A program made the position numbers and the translations under genes. Positions 50,366 through 59,646 of a stretch of 64,000 nt of DNA are shown in pieces. The notes beneath the pieces were generated by a model. It made no database searches. It had not been told where the DNA came from and worked only from the letters and a program-made list of their open reading frames with translations. Positions within the stretch are counted from its first letter, which is position 1, and the number at the start of each line of letters is the position of its first letter. Source of the DNA: an uncultured Pseudobdellovibrionaceae bacterium (GTDB lineage Bacteria; Bdellovibrionota; Bdellovibrionia; Bdellovibrionales; UBA1609); contig CAWDNU010000004.1 in assembly GCA_963803705.1 (NCBI GenBank), positions 512,001 to 576,000 on the forward strand, read 5' to 3'.

Positions 50366-52168
50366 ATGACCTCACTTGATAAAGACCTGCAGCTTGTAAT
50401 TGCCTCTATAAACGGGAGCGGAACTTTAACTGCAAACAGAATTTTACATAAGGCTTTGTTTCGAGAAGGCTACAATGTGGTCGGAAAAAACCTTTTTCCT
50501 TCTAATATTGAAGGTCTGCCGACTTATTATTTTTTAAGAATTTCGAAAGACTCTAAGTCACTGAAAAGTAAAAATGAACTTTATGTGGGTTTAAACCCAG
50601 CCACCTACTTTCGAGACCTTAAAACGTTGGTAAGTCATGACACCAAATTTTTACTAAATACTGATCTTAAGCTTCAAGTCCCACAGCAAAACTTCTATGA
50701 GACTTTTAGTTTTAAGCAGACAATAAAAAACTCGAAAGCGCCAATTAAAATTAAAAAACGAATGTCGAACATGAGTTATGTTGGTTGGATAGCTCATTAT
50801 TTAAATATAAATTTGGACAATTTAAAAACACTCGTTCACCAGCAATTTTCGAATGGCGAAGTTGCAGAAGAAAATATTCAAGTCATGCTTCAAGGCTGGC
50901 AGTCATTTAATGGCAGTTCAGATTTTCAAGTTCCAAGTGCTGATCTAGACCCTTCAATTAAAAGCGACAATAGCTCAAAAATTTTAATAGAAGGTAATCA
51001 AGCTGCTGCATTGGGTTGGGTTGAAGGTGGTTGCACCGTGGCCACATGGTATCCAATCACTCCTTCTACATCACTTGTAGAGTCATTTAGTGATTACGCC
51101 AAACATTTAAGACCCAAGTCTGATTCAGTTGCAATCCTGCAGTCAGAGGACGAAATTTCGGCGATATCAAGTATTGTAGGTGCAGGCTGGGCAGGTGCCA
51201 GGGCAGCAACAGCAACTTCAGGACCTGGTCTTAGTTTGATGAGTGAAGCTTTGGGTCTAAGCTACTTTGCTGAAATTCCTACAGTAGTTTGCGATGTTCA
51301 AAGAGTCGGTCCTTCGACGGGGCTACCTACACGCACTTCTCAGGGTGATCTAGAGTTTGCTTTTAAAATTTCCCATGGAGATGGTTTCCACCCTGTTCTG
51401 CTACCTTCTGATCCTAATGAATGCTTTGAAATGAGTGCTGCTGCTTTTGATATTGCTGATAAGTATCAAACGCCGGTTTTTGTGCTGTCTGATTTAGATT
51501 TGGGTATGAACCTTTGGTCTGATAAACGCTTTAACGGTATAAAAAAAGGCTTCGAGAGATCCCAGATTTTAAACGAACCAGATTTAGAAGCCATAAATGC
51601 TAAAGGTCAAAAGTTTAAACGTTATGAAGGTGACAAGCATGGAATTCCCAGACGAACTCTTCCAGGGACGCATCACCCCGATGCCGCCTATTTAACTAGA
51701 GGAAGTGGTCACAACAAGTCCGCAGGTTACTCGGAACACCCCGAAGACTATGTAAATTTGATGGAAAGATTGAAGCTAAAGATTTTAAATGCGAGGCAAG
51801 ACTTACCGATGCCTGATATCTCTTTGAAAAGTCCTGATAGAAAATGGGGAGCAATTTTTTACGGAAGCACCCAGCAGATTTTTCCGGAGTTGGATACTTT
51901 ACTGAATCCTATACTGTCCGCTCAACTTAATACTTGCTGCGTTAAGTCCTTACCGCTGCACAAGCAAGTGTACCAATTTATTGAACAGCATGAAGTTACA
52001 TTTGTGATTGAGCAAAACCGAGATAGCCAATTAAAAAACATAATTTTACAAAGCGAAGCTTTAAACATCTCCGAAAAAATCAAAGCCATCACTCATTTTG
52101 ATGGCTGGTGCATTCAAGCTGATAAAATCGCTGAACAAATTTGTAATTATTTGAAGGAGACTTTATGA
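50366..52168 (+). CDS. korA: 2-oxoacid:ferredoxin oxidoreductase alpha subunit
   Basis: WYPITPST, QSEDEI, TATSGPG and QRVGPSTGLPTRTSQGD. Substrate specificity is not determinable. Confidence 0.88.
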   Translation: MTSLDKDLQLVIASINGSGTLTANRILHKALFREGYNVVGKNLFPSNIEGLPTYYFLRISKDSKSLKSKNELYVGLNPATYFRDLKTLVSHDTKFLLNTDLKLQVPQQNFYETFSFKQTIKNSKAPIKIKKRMSNMSYVGWIAHYLNINLDNLKTLVHQQFSNGEVAEENIQVMLQGWQSFNGSSDFQVPSADLDPSIKSDNSSKILIEGNQAAALGWVEGGCTVATWYPITPSTSLVESFSDYAKHLRPKSDSVAILQSEDEISAISSIVGAGWAGARAATATSGPGLSLMSEALGLSYFAEIPTVVCDVQRVGPSTGLPTRTSQGDLEFAFKISHGDGFHPVLLPSDPNECFEMSAAAFDIADKYQTPVFVLSDLDLGMNLWSDKRFNGIKKGFERSQILNEPDLEAINAKGQKFKRYEGDKHGIPRRTLPGTHHPDAAYLTRGSGHNKSAGYSEHPEDYVNLMERLKLKILNARQDLPMPDISLKSPDRKWGAIFYGSTQQIFPELDTLLNPILSAQLNTCCVKSLPLHKQVYQFIEQHEVTFVIEQNRDSQLKNIILQSEALNISEKIKAITHFDGWCIQADKIAEQICNYLKETL

Positions 52169-53172
52169 ACTCTTTTGGTTTTGACAGGATAGATTATAAG
52201 GGGCTTCCCTCGACCTTGTGCACTGGCTGCGGTCACGACAGCATCACCACACAACTTATAAACGCATTATATCAACTTGAAATATCGCCCTATAAAATAA
52301 CCAAGCTTTCTGGAATTGGATGCGCTTCTAAAACTCCAGCGTATTTTTTAAACCAAAGCCATGGTTTTAATTCGATACATGGCCGAATGGCGCCAATAGC
52401 CACTGGTGTTCACCTTGCAAACTCAGAGCAAAAGCTTATTGGTATTTCTGGTGACGGCGATACAGCAAGTATTGGTATTGGCGGCTTCGTTCACATGCTT
52501 CGTAGAAATATCCCAATAGTTTACATAATGGCAAACAATGGGGTTTATGGGTTAACTAAGGGTCAGTTTTCTGCAACAGCTTCTATTGATCATGAAAGTA
52601 AACTTGGTGAGGTGCCAACCTCTCATCCCATTGATATCTGTCGTATGGCATTGGATTTAGGCTGCGGGTTTGTAGCACGAAGTTTTTCTGGAGATACCAA
52701 GCAAATGAACGCTGTTTTAAGCGCAGCCCTCAGGTTTAATGGCACGGCTGTTGTGGATATTATTTCCCCCTGTGTGACATACGCTAATCACCAAGGCTCT
52801 ACAAAAAGTTACGATTTTGCAAAACTTAATTTGAGCAGTTACCAAGAGGTTGAATTTTTAACCCATGATAAAATTCAAGAAATAGACAGCGCCCAAGGGG
52901 AAGTCAGCGAGATTCATTGGCCAGATGGTTCAGTGCTTCGCCTTAAAAAGTCTATGAACAGTATTGTCGATCAAAAGGTAGATGAAGTGATTTCGGCACT
53001 GAGAGAGGCCGAGAATCAAGGCCAAATTCTAACTGGTCTCTTTAGGTTAAATGATAAAAAGCCGACTTTAGCTTATAAGTTAAAAATCAATTCGCAACTT
53101 TATAGTTTGAATGAAAAAGATTTAAGAATACCTGAAGACAAGTTTGCTGAGTTAATGGATAGTTTTAGGTGA
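52165..53172 (+). CDS. korB: 2-oxoacid:ferredoxin oxidoreductase beta subunit
   Basis: LCTGCGH, SGIGC, GDGD and NNGVYGLTKGQFS. Confidence 0.9.
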   Translation: MNSFGFDRIDYKGLPSTLCTGCGHDSITTQLINALYQLEISPYKITKLSGIGCASKTPAYFLNQSHGFNSIHGRMAPIATGVHLANSEQKLIGISGDGDTASIGIGGFVHMLRRNIPIVYIMANNGVYGLTKGQFSATASIDHESKLGEVPTSHPIDICRMALDLGCGFVARSFSGDTKQMNAVLSAALRFNGTAVVDIISPCVTYANHQGSTKSYDFAKLNLSSYQEVEFLTHDKIQEIDSAQGEVSEIHWPDGSVLRLKKSMNSIVDQKVDEVISALREAENQGQILTGLFRLNDKKPTLAYKLKINSQLYSLNEKDLRIPEDKFAELMDSFR

Positions 53173-53187
53173 TAAGCCGATCGAAAT

Positions 53188-53373
53188 TTTCAAATTTCTA
53201 TAAAGTTATGGGCCTTAAAGAGCTCAAGCAAGCATTGGCATTTGCTTTGCAGATTCTCGATTACCTATTTCTTTTTTTTTCCTTATGGTTATACCATTTA
53301 CAAATGTCGGTTCAGCAAACCTTCATGCCAAAGAACTCGTTTTTAAGGCCAATAACTTTATAGAAATTTGAAA
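53188..53373. repeat. Inverted repeat, 32-bp arms (31/32) around a 122-nt partly self-complementary core
   Basis: 53188-53219 TTTCAAATTTCTATAAAGTTATGGGCCTTAAA pairs with 53342-53373; inner TTGGCAT/ATGCCAA and TTTGCT/AGCAAA also pair. Confidence 0.88.
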
Positions 53374-53425
53374 TATGTTTAACTTGGTATATAAGTAACT
53401 GCTGAAAAAAAAATCGAGGTGGAAA

Positions 53426-54316
53426 ATGAATGTTAAAAGCATAAATTTAAATATTTCAGGCTATACACTTAAAAGCATTCCCACCGGGCAATTTAAACTA
53501 GATGGTGGCGCTATGTTTGGTACTGTGCCTAAAGTTTTGTGGTCACGAACTAATCCTGCAGACGATCAAAATAGAATTTTAATGGAGAGTCGTGCATTAT
53601 TAATTCAATCGGCTGATAGAAATATTTTGGTAGACAATGGTAATGGAAGTGACTTTCGCTTAAAATTTGGGGACAAAGCTGGTGCTAAGTTTGAGCAGAT
53701 TTACGGAGTTGATAGTGGCGGCGTTAATTTAGCAAGCTCTTTAAAAAAAGTAGGCCTTGAAACTTCTGATATCACTGATGTGATTTTAACTCATTTGCAT
53801 TTTGATCATGCAGGTGGGTCTACAACTGATATAAAAGGTGAACTTGTTCCCACCTTTGAAAATGCCACTTACTATGTGCAAAATGACAACCTAACGACAG
53901 CTTTAAATCCAAATCGTAGGGAAAGAGCTAGTTATTTAAAGCCGAATTTTGAACCCCTACTTGCTGCTAACTGTCTAAAAACCTTAGATGGACCACAGGA
54001 ACTTTTTCCAGGAATTCATCTGTCTTTGACATATGGTCACACCAAGGCTCAACAAAATGTTTTAGTTAAGGATGACACCCAAGCCTTATTTTACTGCGCT
54101 GATTTAATACCAACTTCTACTCATACAAAGACAGCATGGGTGATGGGCTACGATCTAAATCCGTTAAAGATCATGGAAGAAAAAACTAATATTTTAGCCA
54201 AAGCAGCCGAAGAAAAATGGCATTTATTTTTTGAACACGATCCCTATTGTGATATGGCGCAAGTTGAATTCAACGGCAAAGATTATCAGGTTTTCCAAGC
54301 TTACAATTTAATTTAG
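53426..54316 (+). CDS. MBL-fold metallo-hydrolase (YtnP-like)
   Basis: LDGGAMFGTVPK, THLHFDHAGG, GHT and FEHDP. Confidence 0.88.
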   Translation: MNVKSINLNISGYTLKSIPTGQFKLDGGAMFGTVPKVLWSRTNPADDQNRILMESRALLIQSADRNILVDNGNGSDFRLKFGDKAGAKFEQIYGVDSGGVNLASSLKKVGLETSDITDVILTHLHFDHAGGSTTDIKGELVPTFENATYYVQNDNLTTALNPNRRERASYLKPNFEPLLAANCLKTLDGPQELFPGIHLSLTYGHTKAQQNVLVKDDTQALFYCADLIPTSTHTKTAWVMGYDLNPLKIMEEKTNILAKAAEEKWHLFFEHDPYCDMAQVEFNGKDYQVFQAYNLI

Positions 54317-54501
54317 GGGGTAATTAGACCCGAAGATGTCATGAAAATTTTCATAGAAAAAAACTAAGTCAAGATACCCGGCTTAAGCCCAACGTACGAA
54401 TCGATTTGTAATTACAAGTACTCATCAAGAATTATACAGTGAATTTAGTTAGCTACCTGTCAAAAATTTACACAACCAAATGGCTTTAGACTGAACTGCA
54501 G

Positions 54502-54518
54502 TTGGCACTATTACTGCT
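54502..54518 (+). promoter_or_regulatory. Candidate sigma54 (-24/-12) promoter
   Basis: TTGGCACTATTACTGCT = TGGCAC-N5-CTGCT, an exact GG-N10-GC, about 138 nt before ATG 54656. Confidence 0.6.
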
Positions 54519-54655
54519 ATACTTTAGCTGCTTTGTTAGATTAGTTGCACTGGTGGATTAGCTATACAGTTAAAACTGTTGAAATAGTTCGTCGGGTTCT
54601 CCTTTGTTTTTTAACATGCACCGCAGAAACATAAGAAATAAAAGGGTAAAAAGTA

Positions 54656-57600
54656 ATGAGATTATTTAAATTCCAATTTATTTTATTAGTCCTTCTAATA
54701 TCAACAGTTTCTTTCGCTGAAACTATGACAATTGGCATCTACGGTGAAAAGGGTTTTGAACCCACCGATGGAAGCTGTTGTGCAAACTCAACTAGATCAC
54801 CTAATCCTAGGCGCGGGGATCATGCCTCGCCAGGGGGACCAGGTGATCACGCTGATAGCTTAGATTTACGATTAGAAGACTCAAATCAAAGTTTGAATGG
54901 TCATGTGATAGTTTACGGCGCCATTTACGACGCTAAAACTGGTAGGACTCAATCAACTATCGATAAAAGTATAAGTTTAGACTCATCCATTTTTATTGAT
55001 GCCAGTGGCGGGAAAGGAGCCAGGGGTGGTATAGGCGGTCAGGGGCAAGATGGTTGCCATGGGAGTAAAGGGTCGAACGCTACTGAGCACTCCGCTGGTG
55101 GCAACGGCAGCCCTGGCTGTAATAGTGGCGGTGGTGGCGATGCGTCGGCAGCCCAAAATGGTGGTGATGGTGGTAAGGTGCGAGTGTTTATCCCTGCAGA
55201 TCAAACTCACCTTGCACTGCTCGTTAGTGCTGATGTGGAAGCTGGTCTTGGTGGCGAGCCAGGTCGGTCTGGCCTACCTGGTTATCCTGGTCGCGGTGGC
55301 GATGGTGGCGACTCGTTAAGATATATCGATCATTATGTAGATGAACCTGCTTGTCCAGAACCTGATAACGGTGGCGGATTTAACGGCGGAGGTGGTGGTA
55401 TCAATGATCTTGGCAATGGCTATGATAGCTTTGAAAGTGATGCCAGTCCCTATATCCTAGAAAACATTAAAACGGCCGGGCAAATAGCTGGTGATGTCTT
55501 AGCTACACTTATTGGCGTTAGCCCCGCCTACGCTTGCGGCGGCAGGACACCTATTTATGATACATCTCCAGGCGGGAGAAAAGGTCCTGATGGTAGCCCT
55601 GGTCCTCATGGCCGTGGTGATACAACAGCCGGAAGGCCTGGCAATGACGGAAGTTTTGAATTTATTGTGGAAGAGCCTGACGGTCACCAAAAAAGTTACA
55701 GCCGATCTTTTAATCTCGAGCTTTTAAGTTACAGCGTTCGTGACTTATTGCCAGGCGGAAATGAAGATGGTGTTTTTGAGCCAGGGGAAACCTTAACTAT
55801 AACTGATCTGCGTATTAAAAACACAAATCAAATGCCCAGCCCTCAATTGACCGACGTCATTTTATCTTTACAGACGTCTAACTGGATAATCACTAATCCT
55901 ATAGACAAAGTGCTCATACCTTATCTAAAAGGTGGGCAAGAGGCGACTTTAGACAAAATATTTTATGCTAAAGTCAAAAACAGTTTTACTGCCGGACGCG
56001 GTGAAGCTTGGCAGATTTCCGATTCTATTTTTCCTAGAGGATCCATACCTAGAATCAGCCGCACTGTAGAGGGGCTTAGTTTACCCAAAACAGTTTATAT
56101 GAGCTTTCCTATAGAGATCACACCAATCAGCTCTGTTTCAGTCATTGGACCTGGTGAAACTGCCCAAATCCAGTGGCGAGTGACCAATACATCACAAAGA
56201 AATTTCATCGGTCTTAATAATGCCAAACGAAAACTTGAGACCACTCTTACCAGATCTGGTGGGAATGCGCCGGCAGAAACTATAGATAAGTTGAAAATAG
56301 AGCTTAACGAACAAGGCCCCGGCCATTCTTTTTTAAGAACAATCACGGACCTAAAATCTAAAGAGTCTATAATAATATCTGGCCATATCGAATTTTCTGA
56401 TGAAGCTCAACCCTATACCAATGTTGAACTACGCTCGTCATTAGGCTTAGAACTCTTAGGCACTACCAATATGACCCCAATTATGAGTCATAGTCACAGG
56501 ATCAGCATTTCACAAACCTACAGGTATACTCCTGGGGCCTCAGTTCTACTTTTAACCCATTCAGGAATTGATACCAAAGAGTATCAGACCTGGCTTCAGG
56601 TTTTTGCAGATCTAGGATTAAAAGCTGACGTTTGGGACATTTCATACAATAGGTATCTAAATTTAGTTAAAGATTTAAACGAAAATATTAAGGGCAAATC
56701 ACTGTTAGAAAATTACAATGGTAATACTATTGTGCTTCTAAATAGTGTTATGCCAGATAACGGAAATTATCGCAGTCTAAGATTATTGAATAGATCGCAG
56801 TTTTATCAAGCTGCTTTAGAGAAAAATATTAACTTCTATGTTTTAGGTGGCGAACCTCAAGATTTAAAGTCAAGCTTAATTGGAATGCATCTAACACCAA
56901 ACAAGCTTTCACCGACCTTAGTTAACAAAGAGATCTTTTTAGACATTATTGGATCCGATGAAACTTTAGACCAAGCCTACTTAACGCCTAAAGCCAGCCA
57001 GGAAACATATCAAGCAGCCCAAAAGTATTTAAGGTCTGACATCAACAAAAATCAATCTTTGGTATTTATTAATGCAGGTCAAGAGACTCACTTGGCACTT
57101 TATCCAAGCCTTTCGCAGTTAAATGGGACAATGGTAGCTTATCCTGCAAACCAAAGGACAATGTCTGATGCCAGGTTTATTCAAAGCGAACAAAACCTGC
57201 GACCTTTGATTCTATCTTTATCAACAAACGCTAAAATTAGTAGTTTTTTACATGCCGCCAAATCAGGGAATAAAGAATATTTATCTTATTTAACTACTGC
57301 ATTACTGCATGACTTGATTGAAGCGTCATACGCTTATGCAGGCTCAAAAGGTGATAACCAAAAAAATAAATATATGGATAAAATCAAGTTGTTTTTAAAA
57401 GTAGCAAACGCAAGTTCAAACTTCAAAAGTGCCAAGGTTTATTTAGGACGAATTAGTGCCGCCCTTTTTGTGTTTGGTAAATCTGCAAATAATAAAGATC
57501 TCTTAGAAGTAGTCCAAGATATTTCAGATCAGTTAAATGGTGAAACAAAAAAACAATTTGACGAGTACGTCACCGCTTATAAAAAATATGCAGATAAAAG

Positions 57601-57739
57601 GGCTAGGTCACTAATTGTAAATTACGAAAGAACTTTTGACCTGTACAAAATGTTCACTTTGCCAGCTATAGGTAAATCACTTCATAGTCAAAGTGCAATG
57701 TTTGTACGCCCTACCCTAATTCAAGCAGGTGATTTGTAA
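54656..57739 (+). CDS. Large secreted protein with Gly-x-x repeat region followed by beta-rich and alpha/beta domains
   Basis: Signal peptide ending VSFA; Gly-rich tracts at about residues 115-335; NEDGVFEPGE motif; no enzyme motif recognised. Confidence 0.8.
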   Translation: MRLFKFQFILLVLLISTVSFAETMTIGIYGEKGFEPTDGSCCANSTRSPNPRRGDHASPGGPGDHADSLDLRLEDSNQSLNGHVIVYGAIYDAKTGRTQSTIDKSISLDSSIFIDASGGKGARGGIGGQGQDGCHGSKGSNATEHSAGGNGSPGCNSGGGGDASAAQNGGDGGKVRVFIPADQTHLALLVSADVEAGLGGEPGRSGLPGYPGRGGDGGDSLRYIDHYVDEPACPEPDNGGGFNGGGGGINDLGNGYDSFESDASPYILENIKTAGQIAGDVLATLIGVSPAYACGGRTPIYDTSPGGRKGPDGSPGPHGRGDTTAGRPGNDGSFEFIVEEPDGHQKSYSRSFNLELLSYSVRDLLPGGNEDGVFEPGETLTITDLRIKNTNQMPSPQLTDVILSLQTSNWIITNPIDKVLIPYLKGGQEATLDKIFYAKVKNSFTAGRGEAWQISDSIFPRGSIPRISRTVEGLSLPKTVYMSFPIEITPISSVSVIGPGETAQIQWRVTNTSQRNFIGLNNAKRKLETTLTRSGGNAPAETIDKLKIELNEQGPGHSFLRTITDLKSKESIIISGHIEFSDEAQPYTNVELRSSLGLELLGTTNMTPIMSHSHRISISQTYRYTPGASVLLLTHSGIDTKEYQTWLQVFADLGLKADVWDISYNRYLNLVKDLNENIKGKSLLENYNGNTIVLLNSVMPDNGNYRSLRLLNRSQFYQAALEKNINFYVLGGEPQDLKSSLIGMHLTPNKLSPTLVNKEIFLDIIGSDETLDQAYLTPKASQETYQAAQKYLRSDINKNQSLVFINAGQETHLALYPSLSQLNGTMVAYPANQRTMSDARFIQSEQNLRPLILSLSTNAKISSFLHAAKSGNKEYLSYLTTALLHDLIEASYAYAGSKGDNQKNKYMDKIKLFLKVANASSNFKSAKVYLGRISAALFVFGKSANNKDLLEVVQDISDQLNGETKKQFDEYVTAYKKYADKRARSLIVNYERTFDLYKMFTLPAIGKSLHSQSAMFVRPTLIQAGDL

Positions 57740-58884
57740 TGAAAAACTTATTTACTTTTTTTATTTTCGTTTCAGTGAGTCAACTTTCATGGGCTACCAA
57801 TCAATGTGAAGACTTTTTATTGCAAAATAATGTAAAGCCTGACTTAGTTCGAATTTATGCTGGACCTGGCGTAGTTATTCCTAGGGCTATAAAGTGTGAT
57901 TATTGTAAAGAACCACAACTTATGCCAGCCTCCTTAAAAGATTCTCGAATCAGTATTGTAAACAGTGCCGAAGAGGCACTTAACCTACAAAATCAAACTG
58001 GCGGTAAAGCCCCTAACCAGGCGGGAGCAAGCTTAAGATGTGATGGCTGTGGTGGTCACACTCCATTATGGGCCTTAGGCAGACCAGGTGAACCACCAAA
58101 GCCTATGGCAGTTACAACACGATTAGAAATATTAACAGACAAAGCAAGAAGCAAACGCTATGTTTTATTACCAGAGGAATACCAAGAACTAGCTAGAAAA
58201 GATTCTAACATGAATCGATTAGCTCTTGCTCAGCATATTGCTATTTGCCCCAACTGTTCCGTCACATCCATGACGCTTTCCAAGCCTAAAGAAGGTGTAA
58301 AGTGTTCGGGTTGTTCAGATACAGTCCCTCAAACCAACATTTATCATTTACCAGATATCATGAACGCTTCTGATAAAGCGACAAAAAATCAAGTGAATAG
58401 AAACGCCTCAGGCCCAGGGTCCACGACCCGTTCAAGAAGAAATATTCAACCTACGCCAGATCATTTAGAAACTATAACTTCTGGCCGTTCTGCTCTATCT
58501 ATGTTTATGAATAAATGGGTTGCAGGAGGAGTCACGGCCCTCACTTTACTGTCAGGCAGCTCTGCCTACTATGTTAATAACGTCCCTATGATTGCTGAAG
58601 GAAGTGTTATAAGTGTTGAAAACAATACGGCAACCGTTCGTTTTCAGGAGACTGTATATTTCAACAGTGACACTAATTTAAAAAACTACGAAGTCCGTGT
58701 TTTATTAAATGAACAAAACAGCCTACCAGGCGAAGAGCCTGCCCAAGTTGAAAAGGGCGATTATGTAACCATCCATTACAAGTGGTCCGATTTTCATATT
58801 TTGCCTTTTGTTTTTCACCCATATAGTGGAGCTGAATTTCAGGATGGGTCTTTTGTTGAGGGGAATGGTCTTAGAAGGCAATAA
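57739..58884 (+). CDS. Exported membrane-anchored protein with four CxxC pairs
   Basis: TAATG coupling to the upstream gene; signal peptide ending LSWA; CDYC, CDGC, CPNC, CSGC; TM WVAGGVTALTLLSGSSAYYV; beta-rich C-terminus. Confidence 0.75.
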   Translation: MKNLFTFFIFVSVSQLSWATNQCEDFLLQNNVKPDLVRIYAGPGVVIPRAIKCDYCKEPQLMPASLKDSRISIVNSAEEALNLQNQTGGKAPNQAGASLRCDGCGGHTPLWALGRPGEPPKPMAVTTRLEILTDKARSKRYVLLPEEYQELARKDSNMNRLALAQHIAICPNCSVTSMTLSKPKEGVKCSGCSDTVPQTNIYHLPDIMNASDKATKNQVNRNASGPGSTTRSRRNIQPTPDHLETITSGRSALSMFMNKWVAGGVTALTLLSGSSAYYVNNVPMIAEGSVISVENNTATVRFQETVYFNSDTNLKNYEVRVLLNEQNSLPGEEPAQVEKGDYVTIHYKWSDFHILPFVFHPYSGAEFQDGSFVEGNGLRRQ

Positions 58885-59049
58885 ACACAAACTTAAGCGT
58901 TTGTAGATCAATTCCATTTACTAAAATTATATTTCGCAATGAACAACAAGGCGTTGAACACCCGCCTAGCTAGCTGCTATTTTATTGATATACTTTTTAA
59001 AATTATTTCAATTATCAGGTTGATTTAATCATTTCTCGGCATAGGTTCC

Positions 59050-59519
59050 CATAACCTTCTTAACCTCAAAATCTGTGGGTTTTTTATCTAATTTTTTATT
59101 TCGTTCCAAATTTTTCTATTCTTTTCTACAACCTCTTTAAGGACGCATCCCCTAGCATGATCTAGATAAATTGAAATAGCGGTGCGTCTCATTTGCTTAG
59201 ACTGAAGATCTATAGTCCATAACTGCACTCACCCAATTCACGAGCTTCACCTGCCCACATTATTCGCTCATCAAAATCATCGACTTCAGGAAGGTCGGTT
59301 TTCCACTCAGAGGCCCCATGACCGTCCCAAGATGATTTTGTCCTGGTGGTTTTCTCTAATAGGGTTGCTATTTTCCAATTAGTAGCCTGGTCTCACTGTT
59401 GGAACCGTCGTCAGCTATAACAACCAAAAAGGCTTTCTCAGTTTGAGCTATATAGCCCACTACGCTTTTTTAAGCCACTTTGCGAAATTGTAAGTTGATA
59501 AAATTATTGAAGTTTTCAT
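59050..59519 (-). pseudogene. Degenerate GT2 glycosyltransferase, paralog of 63042..63860
   Basis: Fragments MKTSIILSTYN..WLKK, VIADDGSNSET, SWDGHGASEWK, FDER and LDHARG..KIWNE align to the intact gene, with stops, frameshifts and a large internal deletion. Confidence 0.85.
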
Positions 59520-59646
59520 AAAATTGCCTTGTACTAAAACTCGGTATCCACTGCAAATATATTGATACCTTTCGATTAATAATGTTACAAGATATTAAGA
59601 AACTCTACGTTATTAAAATTTAGTTATAGAAGTAGGTGCCAGAAAA

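Noticed and set aside
53169..53363. 64-aa ORF after korB
   Set aside because: It coincides with the inverted-repeat element and has no protein-like features.
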